From Octopus bimaculoides (taxonomy: Eukaryota): a stretch of DNA of 64,000 nucleotides. The notes beneath the pieces are model-generated. The model was not told where the DNA came from and did no database searches. It worked only from the letters and a program-made list of their open reading frames with translations. Location: the NCBI RefSeq assembly GCF_001194135.2, contig NC_068997.1, forward strand, positions 13,722,542-13,786,541. Reading direction: 5' to 3'. This document shows, in pieces, positions 10,201 through 23,060 of this stretch. The number at the start of each line of letters is the position of its first letter. The first letter of the stretch is position 1. Position numbers and translations under genes: made by a program.

Positions 10201-11538
10201 TCTCATATTATTATTGCAGCATTCTTCAGTTTTTTCAAGCCCCCTAGCGGACACGAAATGCTGGGCCTCTAACCAGCCATTTCACGAAACCCTTAAAGCT
10301 AGGAACTTTTCAGCACCCCCTCGTGTATATATATATATGAATACACATTGATATACACACACATAGGTATAAGTATATACATAGATACATGCATATATGT
10401 AAACACACACACACACACATATATATATATAGTAAATTTCTATGTGCATGAACGTTAGTAAAGGTACTCAATACATGTATACATTCGAATTTTTTTGTTG
10501 ATTCACTCTACTGTCACTACTCTAAGGAGCAAGAAACTCGATGAAAACCACTAACTGCACTGAAAGTTTAATTAATAATAAATAAAAAAAAGTCCGGTAA
10601 TAAACCCCATGTATGTGAAATAATTATTGTATGTAATTGTAAACACAACTTCACATCAAAACCGACACAATGATCATTACATTGAATAACACTGACAGTG
10701 CACGCACGGTTAGGTAGGGCAACAACTACAAGACGCAGTCATTATGAAACACGTAAATTTGAACTTTCCGAGCTCCTCTTCAATGTCCACCAATCCACAA
10801 TGAAGCTTTTAGTTCGAGAATGATAAACGTCTGTTATTAGAGCTTAAATATGCAATGCTCGTATGGGAAGTATTGGTGAAATGTGAGGCGTCTTTACGCG
10901 AGAATAATATTGCATGTATACAATTACAATGCTTGCTTATTGTCGGAGAATTTAAAGCACTGTAAATAAGTCTGCTCATGCAAGAACGCGAACTCGCTAT
11001 CTCAATGAGACCGTATTTGGCATCGATATTTGGTTTTGTGCACAGAGGTTACAATGCGTATTGTTTTGATCTATCTATCTATCTATCTATTTATGCACAC
11101 ACGCACACACGCACACACGCACGCATGAACAAATGAAAAATGCGAATGTATGTGTTGACTCTTATCTGAAGTGAGAACGAAAGTATCATTTGCTTATAAT
11201 TGACGCAATACAGATAACGAGTAACAACTAAAAATATCCATTTTATAACTTATCTAAAAAGGTATTTAATTAATAGCATAATGTCTAGTATACCAAAGAA
11301 AATTATAGTATGTCTAATGTCGGATCACCTTGATAAATACATACAAACACACACACACGTGATAATATATATATTAGACATAGGATAGTGCAATGGTTAA
11401 GAAGTTCAATTCGTAATAACGAGATCTCAGGCGCGATCTTACTCAATAGCATTTTCTATCTTATTGGACTGAATTATATTTTGTAAGTAAAATTAGGTAT
11501 GCGCAGGCTGTGCAGAAAGCCGTTAGATGGATCATAAC

Positions 11539-11610
11539 TAGTAAAAAATAATAGAAGTAACCAGTTCCATTTTCGACGCTGGAACTGGTAACTACTATTA
11601 TCTTTTACTA
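11539..11610. repeat. 31-bp imperfect inverted repeat (28/31 complementary), 10-nt loop
   Basis: TAGTAAAAAATAATAGAAGTAACCAGTTCCA-TTTTCGACGC-TGGAACTGGTAACTACTATTATCTTTTACTA. The right arm is partly duplicated again at about 11618-11640. Confidence 0.9.
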
Positions 11611-12874
11611 ATTCTTCAACTGGTAACTACTAATATCCTTTAAGGCTATTCCTTATTTCTTGTTCTCTGAAGAGCGTATAATTGGCTTATAAGAAAATCT
11701 TTGCTCAATGACCTATACACCACGTGCAAAGCTGTAAGACACTTTATGCATTATTTCTTATTTCCTTATTTAGTGCAGAAACTCTGCAAATATGTTTGAA
11801 TTATTAATTATCTACTATGAAACGATATCACCAGTTTTGCTTGTTCATTCTTTCTAATATATATATATATATATAGGTCATGAGAGGTAATGCTGAGTAA
11901 GTGCTATCTCTGCTCAAACGATGAAGCACTTATAACTACATTTAGGCAACAACAACACTTTTGCTTTAGTTGCAATTCAACTCGGAGTTTTTAGTGGTAA
12001 ACTAACTCGAGCACTCAACGTATATCCCTAATACATTACGTCATTAGACGGAATATATATATATATAAGCAAACTCGTATATATACAAACACTGTTAATA
12101 GGTTGGTGCATCAAGACAAAGTTCTTAGTGTATTTCTCAATGTAGTTGTCTAACTTACTTTACACCGCTTGTCTTGGTCACCCACAAGCTACTAATCAAC
12201 TATACATACACATTCGCTTTCTCACTCATCTGCACGTACACGTTACACACAACACATGCATGCCTATCTCTTTTTTATTGTCGTAATATTTCGCTGAGTC
12301 CATGAGTGTGTGATTCTTTTGTGTGAACAAGGTACCATCTAATGAAATTGATGCTCTAAGCATATTGGTGTGTTTGCGTATATACATACACACTCACATA
12401 CATATACACACATAATATATATGTATGTATTTATATACGTTCATATATATATACATGTATATATATATATATGCATATACACCAACGTCCTTGCATGGTC
12501 GATAGAACCAAACACAGCTGAGAATACTGAGCTGAAGCCCTTTCTCTGTCCACTTTCTTCCAGCTGTTACATCCTCCAGATTCTTCTAATTCGGAAGTAT
12601 GGCGATCAAGAGGGCGTCTGCGTTCGCTACTGACTATGTGGCGGCCAAAGATAAAGTGAAGTTTTGATGCATGCTGATAGAAAATCTTCCTCAAATGTAA
12701 ATGGCAAACGAATTATTTGTTTTACTGCAATTCTCTTTCGTCTATTTTGAATGTCCCAGATGGCAAGCTAGCGGAATCAGACCCGACAGCGCATGAGACA
12801 AAATGTTTACGGCATGTCTACGTTTTTTTTTTTTTTTGTTGCTATGTTCTCATTTCCAATAGAAGCAAGATTAA

Positions 12875-13196
12875 TATTCATCCTTTTAGAGGTTGATAAA
12901 ATCAAGTAGCAGGCAAAACTACTGGGGAACATATAATCGATAACAGACCCTCTAAAATTGCTGCTTTTGTGACAAAATTCGAATGAATATAAGGCGGCGA
13001 GATGGCAGAATCGTTAGAGCGTCAGACAAGGTCCTTAGTTGTAGTTTTGACGTTCTGAGTTCAAATATTGCTGAGGTCCATTTTATCTTTCAACATTTCG
13101 GGTTCGATAAAGCAATAACCAGTTGAGCACTAGGGTTTATGTAATCACCTAATGCCCTTCTCCTGAAATTGCTGGCTTTGTGCCAAAATTTGAAAG
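12875..13196 (+). mobile_element. SINE family B: decayed 3' half (12875-12985) followed by a full copy (12993-13196)
   Basis: GGCGGCGAGATGGCAGAATCGTTAGAGCG head, ACGTTCTGAGTTCAAAT core and GTGCCAAAATTTGAAA tail. Confidence 0.8.
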
Positions 13197-13244
13197 AATC
13201 GTACGTGTGTGTGTGTATGTGTCTGTATACATATATATTCACAA

Positions 13245-13276
<32 letters not shown>

Positions 13277-13619
13277 TTACATAAATGGATGGAGAGAGAG
13301 AGAGAGAGAGACAGAGTGAGATACATAGAGAAATAAGAATGCCTACATAGATATAGACACATCTTGAGACGTATGACGTATGTTTCTTTGATTGAGTATT
13401 GTCTTAGAATATGAGAACAATGTTTTAAATGTATATAATTATCACGAATTACTTCTTGTATTATAGTGAAGTAGTACATTTGTGACAGTGAAATCCATCT
13501 ATGTTCATATATACATACGAACATACAGTATATTCTAGGATATGCATATATATATATGTGTGTGTGTGTGTATCTGTATAGATATATGCATGTATGATTA
13601 TATGCACACGCACACACAT

Positions 13620-13900
<281 letters not shown>

Positions 13901-14400
13901 CAAATGTGTATTTATATATATATACACAAATATATGTATGCATATATGTGCATTTATAAATAATGAATGTATATATGCACGAACACATACATGGACATAC
14001 ATACGCATACGTCTATATAAATACATGCACACCTTCAAATACACATACACTTGTACAATGGAGTTGAACCGCGAGATAAATACATATTTACTATCACAAA
14101 GCCTAAAGGAAAAAGAATAAAAGGTAATGTGAATAATTGGTGATAACTATTGATGATGATGATGGTTTTAGTGGTGATGAAATTGCAGCAAAATTGGTAA
14201 TGAGGTGATGCGTGTAGACTGGCCGAGCAGTTAGAGGCAGAAGACTCGATTAAAAGAGAGAAAAAAAAAAAGCCAGAAAATATCATGTGACATATGTAAA
14301 CATATATGTACTGTGTGAGTGTGTTTATGTGCGTGTATTTGTGCGTATAACATATATGTGTACACACACACATATGTGTATGTATTGATATTATAAGTGC

Positions 14401-14435
<35 letters not shown>

Positions 14436-14564
14436 TGTGTTTTTACATTAAATAAGCATTTATGTATACATTTAGATATGATAATATATATGTATGTATA
14501 TATACGTATATATGTATGTAGAGAGAGAGAGAGAACGTGTGTGTGCACATATGTATACATTTAC

Positions 14565-14595
<31 letters not shown>

Positions 14596-15893
14596 CAGAG
14601 AGAGAGAGAGAGTGTGTGTGTGACCGAGAAAGAGACACAGACAAATAGATAGATAGGTAGATAGATATGTGTATATGAGAAATATGTGTACATTTATGTA
14701 TATGTACGTTTGAATATACCTTTGAATATATGTATATACAAATGTGTGGGAGAGAGAGAGAGACAGACATGTAAAAGCCGGTAGATAATCAAAGACACAT
14801 AGCACTGACAAAGAAAAAAAAGAAAGAAAGAAAAAGAAGTGGAGAGAAGGAGACAGTAATTGGGAGAATGAGTGAGTAAAAGGGTAAGAGAGACATGTCA
14901 TCTTAATTCTCTTGATGTAAAATTAAATATGAAATCTACGTGAAAAACATTAGTTTAATTGAAGCGAGGTTAAGAGCACTTCCTGCCCATACAATACCCA
15001 CAAGGAGACTTCCATTTATAAGCCTTGCTTTTACGTTAAAATGAGGGAACTCTTTTGATTTTAAAGAGAATCATTCGTATACACTCAAAATATCACACAA
15101 GAAATTAACATCAACTATTTGTTTCTTCTTCTCGTGTTCTAGTTCTTCCTCTTTTCTGTGCCATTCTCTCTTCTTCTCCTCCTCCCCACTCTCTCTATCT
15201 CTCTCTCTTGGCGCTATGGTCTTTCTCCTTGTGTTTCACTAAATGTTCATTATATGTGTGCGTTTGTGTGTATGTAATATCTTTGATTGTGTAAGTAATA
15301 CGCAAATGTGAAACGAGATGATGGAGTAAAGAGGTTTCTGTATGTATGTATGTATGTATACACACACATACATATATATACATATGTTGATATCTCCCTC
15401 CCTCTGTCTTTCTCTCTCTATACACATACGCACATACAAGCATATATGTGTGAATTTACATACCTATATGCATACTTGTTAGTCTATATTTGTATGTGTG
15501 TGTGTGTGTGTACATATGTCATGTCTACTTATGAACATAAGACCTTAGATAAAAGAATAATTGCAAGAAATTGTATATTGAATATAGATGTACATACTGC
15601 ACGTGAGAGAGTATGAGAAAGAGAGAGATGCTCAGAAAGTGAAAGGGAAATCAAAGTGGGGAAGATAGACACCATGATGTGTAAAGAGAGGGAAAGTGAG
15701 AGAAAGAGAGAGAGAGCATAAGATGATGAGAAAGAGGCTGAGAAACTGTCTTTGTAATTGCATAAAGACGTTTATTATTGTAGTCAGCAAACACACCACA
15801 CACACATACATGCATTCATATATACACATATAAACAAAAGGGAAGAGAGACACGTAAACATATACATGCCTACAAGTACACGCACAGATATGC

Positions 15894-15952
<59 letters not shown>

Positions 15953-17002
15953 TTTGCACACAAATGTACTTGTGTGTGGCACTTGAGTTTATAGTAATAG
16001 ATATACGATTACCCACACAAACACACGCAAAATGTTCAGTGAATTCATTTATATTGCATGTTTATGTGAGTTTGTATGTGTAAAACGCGTGTGCGTGTAA
16101 GAACGAGAAAGACGGCGTGAAATATATATATATATGTATGTACGGATGCATATATATATGTATATATATACACACACACACACATGTGTGTGTATATATA
16201 TATATGTATATATATATATGTATCTTGAGAGAGAGAAAGTGTGTAGGGAGACCACGAGAAAGAAATTTGATGAGTGTCTTACAGTAAAGGAGAAGAATGA
16301 GGTAGAGTATGGCAGAAATTCTAAGTGAGATAGATATTGAAATTGAGAGGAGGGGGGTGTGGCTTTCTTGGTGCAGTTGGAANNNNNNNNNNNNNNNNNN
16401 NNNNNNNNNNNNNNNNNNNNNNNNNNNNNNNNNNNNNNNNNNNNNNNNNNNNNNNNNNNNNNNNNNNNNNNNNNNNNNNNNNNNNNNNNNNNNNNNNNNN
16501 NNNNNNNNNNNNNNNNNNNNNNNNNNNNNNNNNNNNNNNNNNNNNNNNNNNNNNNNNNNNNNNNNNNNNNNNNNNNNNNNNNNNNNNNNNNNNNNNNNNN
16601 NNNNNNNNNNNNNNNNNNNNNNNNNNNNNNNNNNNNNNNNNNNNNNNNNNNNNNNNNNNNNNNNNNNNNNNNNNNNNNNNNNNNNNNNNNNNNNNNNNNN
16701 NNNNNNNNNNNNNNNNNNNNNNNNNNNNNNNNNNNNNNNNNNNNNNNNNNNNNNNNNNNNNNNNNNNNNNNNNNNNNNNNNNNNNNNNNNNNNNNNNNNN
16801 NNNNNNNNNNNNNNNNNNNNNNNNNNNNNNNNNNNNNNNNNNNNNNNNNNNNNNNNNNNNNNNNNNNNNNNNNNNNNNNNNNNNNNNNNNNNNNNNNNNN
16901 NNNNNNNNNNNNNNNNNNNNNNNNNNNNNNNNNNNNNNNNNNNNNNNNNNNNNNNNNNNNNNNNNNNNNNNNNNNNNNNNNNNNNNNNNNNNNNNNNNNN
17001 NN

Positions 17003-17051
<49 letters not shown>

Positions 17052-17432
17052 ATATGTATAATCGTGTGTTGTGTTTGTTCGTAAGAACGCTTTCAATACT
17101 CAATACTTGAAGAAATAAAGTGTGTTATATTCTTTTATTCGTTACCAGTTTACAGAGATAATCATTAGTTTTGAACAAAATCAACTAGGATCGAAACAGA
17201 ATTGACTTTGTAATCTAATCACCTATAACATTATATATATATGTCTGTGTGCATATATATGTGAGAATAGAAAGAGTGTGAGAGAAAGAGAGAGAGAGTG
17301 AGAGAAAGAGAGAGAGAAAGAAAGTGTTCGTTAGATGATATAGTATTACAAGTTTCATGCCCAGTTCAAACGAAGCAATCTTCAGACAATAAAGACAATT
17401 GCTTTCAGTTAAAATTCAGGACAAGTCTGAAT

Positions 17433-17470
<38 letters not shown>

Positions 17471-17684
17471 TTTTGTTAAATGTATGCTGTTTTTGAATAC
17501 GTTGTAAAGGGCAAATTTTAATTTTATCAGAAGTACGCTAGTTTCCTTTCTATATTTAGAGAAGTATGGGGCGTAACAAATATTTAATATTTATGTGTCT
17601 GTATGTGTTTGTCTAACAGTAATAAAGAGCATAAACCTATGCAACATTTCATTTATAGAAATTATAGTATTCATCATACAGACG

Positions 17685-17842
17685 CAGGAGTGGCTGTGTG
17701 GTAAGAAGCCTGCTTCCCGATCACATGGTTCCGGGTTCAGTCCCACTGCGTAGCACCTTGGTCAAGTGTCTTCCACTATAGCCTCGGGCCAACCAAAGCC
17801 TTGTGAGTGGAATCGGTAGACGGAAACTGAAAGAAGCACCGT

Positions 17843-17907
<65 letters not shown>

Positions 17908-18088
17908 CTGTTTTGTCCTCCCACCATTGTTTGACGACCGATGTTGGTGTGTTTACGTCCCCGTAACTTAGTGGTTCTGCAAAAGAAACTGATAGAATTA
18001 GTACTAGGCTAACAAAAAGTAAGTCCTGGGATCGATGCTCCAGCATGGCCGCAGTCAAAATGACTGAAACAAGTAAAAGAATAAAAGA
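17685..18088 (+). mobile_element. SINE family A, full-length, with expanded internal (TA)n(TG)n
   Basis: GCAGGAGTGGCTGTGTGGTAAGAAGC head, GGTTCAGTCCCA B-box-like motif, microsatellite at about 17847-17906, and 3' end TGACTGAAACAAGTAAAAGAATAAAAG. Confidence 0.92.
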
Positions 18089-18576
18089 ACATGCATATTT
18101 TTCCATATTCTACGCCCAAAATAAGTTCCATTCTGCTTTCAGTTTCAAAAATCTTGCCAGTTTTGTGTTTGATTTTTTGCACTAAATATACCCTAATCGA
18201 ATAGAACTAGGGTGAACAGGATTCTAGTTGTGACCACTCTGTCTGTTCTTTTCTGAGTTAATGTGCCTAAGGTAGAGTTATCAAATGTCTCCTTCCTATT
18301 TTATAGAAAGGCAGGGATTAATTTAAGTGAACTATAGCTGTTATTTCTAGCACAGCAATGATCGTGCATAACATTTCATTGGATCGTATTAGCTACGTTG
18401 ATTTTGAGTCTGCTAACGTTTCTGCCATCTCACCGCCTTCTAAAGGAACAATATTCTCATACAGTAATGTATTAAGTGACTGTTTCATGGAGTCATTATT
18501 AATTAATAATCTAGTTTATAGTATAGTCATTAAAATATTAGTTAATGCAGTAGTAACTTTTCTACCACTTGATACT

Positions 18577-18936
18577 GGTTTCAAATTTTAGCACAAAGCT
18601 AGCAATTTCGAGAAGTGAGTAAGTCGATTTCATTGACTCCGTGCTCAACTGGTAGTTATTTTCATCGATTCCGAAAGGATGAAAGGTAAAGTCGACCTTT
18701 GTGGAATTTGAACTCAGAACTTAACGACAAACACAAAATACCGCTAAGTATTTTTCCCGATATGTTAACGATTCTTTTCTACTTTAGGCACAAGGCCCAA
18801 AATTTTTGAGAAGGGGGGCAGTCGATTAGATCGAACCCAGTACGCAACTGGTAATTAATTTATCGATGAAAGGTAAAGTCGACCTCGGTGGAATTTGAAC
18901 TCAGAACATAAAGACAGACGAAATACCGCTAAGCAT
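18577..18936 (-). mobile_element. SINE family B, two fused tandem units
   Basis: Two cores joined at AACGATTCT|TTTCTACTTTAGGCACAAGG, where the tail AGAAT of one unit overlaps the head AGAATCGTT of the next. Confidence 0.85.
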
Positions 18937-18968
18937 GCAGCCCGCGAGCCTCAGGTTGGCCAGCCCTG
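18933..18968 (-). mobile_element. Single terminus of a hAT (Charlie-like) DNA transposon
   Basis: Minus strand CAGGGCTGGCCAACCTGAGGCTCGCGGGCTGCATGC resembles Charlie-type ends. It abuts CTCTAGAT (18969-18976), the NTCTAGAN target typical of Charlie elements. No second end was found. Confidence 0.6.
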
Positions 18969-19154
18969 CTCTAGATCCTAATACTTGTATTATATCTAAC
19001 TGGCCCCAAAGGGATGAAAGCGCAATTGACCTCGGATAGATTTGAGCTCAGTAAGTATGCAGCTGGAAAAAATAGCACAAAGCCTTTCAACTAACGTACA
19101 AATAATTACCATTCTTAATCTTGTCAATTGTAATGCTGATAAGAGCATTAGAAT

Positions 19155-19650
19155 AATGGCGTTGTTAAAACGCCTGAAAAGATGCTTCATAGTTTCGACA
19201 CTTTAACACTTTGAATTCAAAATCCGATATGGTCAACCTTACCTTTCATCCCTCTGGAATTGATAAAATCAAGTACCAGTCAAGTGCTGGGATTGATGGC
19301 ATCGACTTACCTTTTCTCTTACAATTGATGGTCATCTGCTTAAATTGGAAGCAATTATGATGTTAGTTAATGCTATAATTAATCATAATCTAGTTGATGT
19401 CATTGCAATTATAATGCTGATTAATTCCATATTAATTGTAATTCTAGTTAATACCATGATTAATAATTATCTGGTTAATATTGGTTTATTGTAACACTTA
19501 TCATTAACGCGGTGAGCTGGCAAAATGCGTTAACCTTCCGGATAAAAATGATTAGCGGCATTTTGTCCGTTCTGAGTTCAGATTCCGGTGAGTCGATTAT
19601 CCCCCTCCTCCAAAATTTCAGATCTTGTGCCTATAGCAGAAAGGATTATC
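19155..19650 (+). mobile_element. Two decayed SINE family B copies (about 19155-19355 and 19508-19650, the latter internally deleted)
   Basis: CTTTCATCCCTCTGGAATTGATAAAATCAAGTACCAG; GCGGTGAGCTGGCAAAATGCGTTA...GTTCTGAGTTCAGATTCC...CTTGTGCCTATAGCAGAAAGGATTAT. Confidence 0.7.
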
Positions 19651-20192
19651 ATACTAATCGTTAGATACTTTTATGTTTGTGCTAAGCTGAAAATATATTT
19701 CTTTATTTAATCATCGTTAGTCGACGCCATTGAGGTTACTTAGAGTACCATGATTGTGTCGCTATCGTTTAAGTAAAGCGATGTAAAACATCACTGGACT
19801 TCACGGGATAACCTGGCATCAGAAGCTACAGACTTTGTTTCCATTTGCACAAAGTGCGACCTCGAATCTTCGGACGAAGGAATAACGATGTCCCATTCAG
19901 TTTGACTCAAAAAGTGTTTTACACCGTACAGAACTTTTATTAATATCTATTATGTATGTTTTCATAGTTGCTGTTATTTACCCCCAGATCTATTCCGATT
20001 CATCCGGCCTCCATAATCAATAGCTTCCTAGTCGTTTTGGCAAAAGGAACATCACATAACATTATCATAGATACACTGCTTTGGAAACGACGAATTACAC
20101 TGAGCAACAAATTTCAGGGTCAAGAAAATAACATAGTTCTCATGTGTATTTTCTTCATGAAGCTGATTGTGCTAAATTCGAATTTTATATAG

Positions 20193-20346
20193 GACGGGCT
20201 TCTTTCAGTTTCCCTCTACCAAATCCACTCACAAAGCTTTGGTCGGGCCGAGCCTATAGTAGACACTTGCCCAAGGTGCCACGGAGTGGGAATGAACCCG
20301 GAACCATGTGGTTGGAAAGCAAGCTACTTACCACGCAGTCACGCCT
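20193..20346 (-). mobile_element. SINE family A, 5' half
   Basis: Reverse complement of the family-A head through GAAACTGAAAGAAGCCCGTC. Confidence 0.88.
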
Positions 20347-20640
20347 ATATATTAATATCTACTACAGATTATAGTCAGTTTAATTCACCGTAATTCACTA
20401 TTGAAGACAGAAAAACTTCAATCTAATCTAATAACAACTGGAATCATATGAATCACTTTACTCAAGAAACCACAGGTATCAACCTACGCATCTATCTATC
20501 TATCTATTTATCTATCTATTTATCAAACTGATTGTCTGTCTGATAGTCTGTCTATCTATCTATCAAACTGTCTGTCTGTCTGTGTTTGTGTATTCGTGTG
20601 TGTATGTGTGTTCTATCCTGGTACTTCAAAAAAGAAAAAA

Positions 20641-21010
20641 AATTACAATCAGCGATGGAGTTGCCGTGGGCTCTCCCGTTAACCCGCTATTCAGAAATTT
20701 TATATGAGTATGACCTGCAAATCACAAACCTTCCGTATACATTGACAAGCGAAACTTTAGGATCATACATAAGTAGTCTTTATAGAAACCCTCACAACAC
20801 TATAAGTGACACCTTGTCATATTCGCTTCAAGCCTCGACACACAAAAACAGTTCATAGGGAATGCATTAAAACATTTCTGCTAATGCCATATAATAGCCA
20901 ATCAGATGCAGGCTAGCGCAAATGTAAAGTAGAAGATATACAACAAATATCATTTTATGGCTGGACATCCTAAAGATGAGGTCAGATGACCTTAAAATAT
21001 CGATAATATA
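20641..21010 (+). pseudogene. Penelope-like element reverse transcriptase remnant
   Basis: 20654-20701 translates DGVAVGSPVNPLFRNF, matching the PLE RT motif Q-x-DGVAMGSPLxPxxANxYM. Downstream frames are broken by stops and deletions, with a weak NQM..K match. Confidence 0.7.
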
Positions 21011-21924
21011 GACTTTGGAAAATCCCATACGTAACCAATAACAACAAAATCTCTAAAGGAAATGTGATGAATTAAATAGAATAGAGGACAAAAACGAAAA
21101 CGAAAACGGAGCAAAATTGTTGAACGACACATGATCTATTAAGTGTATATATGTACAAGTGTGTGTGTGTGCATGCATACATACATGTATATATACATAC
21201 ATATATATATATATACACATATATATATATACATACATACAATGTATGTATGAGAATGAGTATATAGGTATGTATTCGAGTGTGCGATAAAAATACACAC
21301 ACACGCGTTTAGTCGCGTGTGTAAGTTTTTAGACACACATGCAAGTGCGTGAGTCTATTTATATATAATATATATATAGGTGTATTTATTTATATATAGC
21401 TATGAATAGGTGTATATATAAATGTGATGCACGTAGGCATTTATGTATACGCTCGTGTGTATATGCATATATATGTATATGTATATATATGCATATATGT
21501 ATACATAAGTATATATATATGCANNNNNNNNNNTATATATGTATATATATATTTGTGTATATATATGTATATATATATTTGTATATATATATATATGTAT
21601 ATGTATGCTTATATATATGTGTATATATATATGTGTATATATATATTGTGTATATATATATGTATATATATATATGTATTTTCGTAGATACTTGTGGCAC
21701 AGGTTCACTCATACGCATTACGCATAGATGCATGTATGCACACTCCTCCATTCCAAGGAGAATACGAGGAAGAATCTTTGATTTAAGATATTTTAGAAAT
21801 TACTCTTTGACAGAAACACACAATGACAGCATTGGGTTCGGTCAGGGAGTAAGTTGGCGCGGTGAAGGGTAAGGGTTAAAGTGAGGGAGTGTTTATAGCG
21901 AAATAGCAGGGGTTAGGATTGTGT

Positions 21925-22510
21925 CTAACAGAGAGAGTGAGAGATAGAGAGAGAGGGCCACAGAGAACAATATCGTAGAGAGAGAAGAGATGAAGAAAGA
22001 TGCTGAAGGGAAACTATATATATATAAAGAGGGGAGGGGTAAGAGTTAGGTAGAGAGTGGATGATTGTGAGAGATTGGAGAGGTAAATAGGATGTAAGGT
22101 TGCGAAATGTAAAGTGAAAGGAAGAAAGAAACGAAAGAAGAAAACAAAGAGAGAATGATAAAAAGAAGAGGAAGAAGCAAAAACGAAAACGAAGAAGAAA
22201 CGAAGAAGAATAATAAGGAAAGAGGAAGAAGACGAAGAAGAAAAAGAAGATGAGAAGAAAAAAAGACGAAGAAAGCGAGAAGTCGAAGTAGAAACGAAAA
22301 AAAAGAAAAGAAGAAATAGAAGACGAAGAAGAAAAAGAAGCGATAATAGTGAGAGAATGAATGTGAAAAGTGAGAGAGAGAGAGAATATATATGATTGAG
22401 AGGGAGAGAGAGAGTAAGTGAAAATAAGAGATTGGGAGAAGGATAGATTGAAAACCAGAATAAAAATACGAGAGAGAGATCGTGGAAGATAAGAAGAGAG
22501 AGAATTGAGC
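21925..22510 (+). repeat. Purine-rich (GA/GAA) low-complexity tract
   Basis: Nearly pure A/G on the + strand. This explains the F/S/L-rich minus-strand ORFs. Confidence 0.9.
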
Positions 22511-22529
22511 GGTTGTAAAAGCAATACTC

Positions 22530-23060
22530 TGTGGGGTCTGGTGGCGTTGAGATGTGGTGTGGTGAGGCGTGGAAGTGGTGGTGTGTAGGTCTCTTATAAA
22601 CATGGAGGCATAAAGAAACAGCAAAAAAAATACAATGTCGTAAGTGCGAAGCGGGATTGCGCGGTGTGGTGCACTGGGGTTTGGTAAAGGCGTTGTCGGG
22701 GTCAGGAGGTGTTGTAGTGTATTGTATTGTACGATATTGTGTTGTATGGTGTAGAGTGCTGTCGTGAAGTATAGTATAGGATGCCGAGGCGTTGGGTGGA
22801 GGTATATTGTAATGTGTGTAGCGAAGTGCAGTGTGCAAAGGGAGGTGTGCAAGGGGAGTTCAGTGTAGTGCTTTGGAGTGTCTTATGGTGATGCGTGTTA
22901 TTACGTAGTCTAGTGTCGAGTGTGTCGTCTGCTATGTTGTAGTAAAGAACGGTGAGATACTGTGTAATACGATGGAATATGTTCTGGCGGTGTTGTACGG
23001 TGAGGTGGAGTAGAGTGTGAATGTGCTGTGGTATTGTAGTGCGGTGTTGTGTTGTATTGT
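22530..23060 (+). repeat. Degenerate pentanucleotide satellite (GTRNN)n
   Basis: For example GTGTT GTAGT GTATT GTATT GTACG ATATT GTGTT GTATG. Strongly G/T skewed. Confidence 0.7.

Noticed and set aside
10930-11005. LLIVGEFKA..LMQERELAIS resembling the APE endonuclease GDFNA region of RTE LINEs
   Set aside because: Key residues are substituted and the motif spacing is too short. It cannot be supported without an alignment.
12098-12115. TAGGTTGGTGCA resembling a mariner TIR start
   Set aside because: Only 12 nt, with no partner TIR or transposase trace nearby.
12480-12700. Minus-strand ELEESGGCNSWKKVDRE..LC resembling an RTE ORF C-terminus
   Set aside because: Only a vague by-eye similarity over about 25 aa.
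21925-22852. 199-274 aa minus-strand ORFs
   Set aside because: They arise from stop-poor polypurine and pentamer low-complexity DNA, with no domain-like content.
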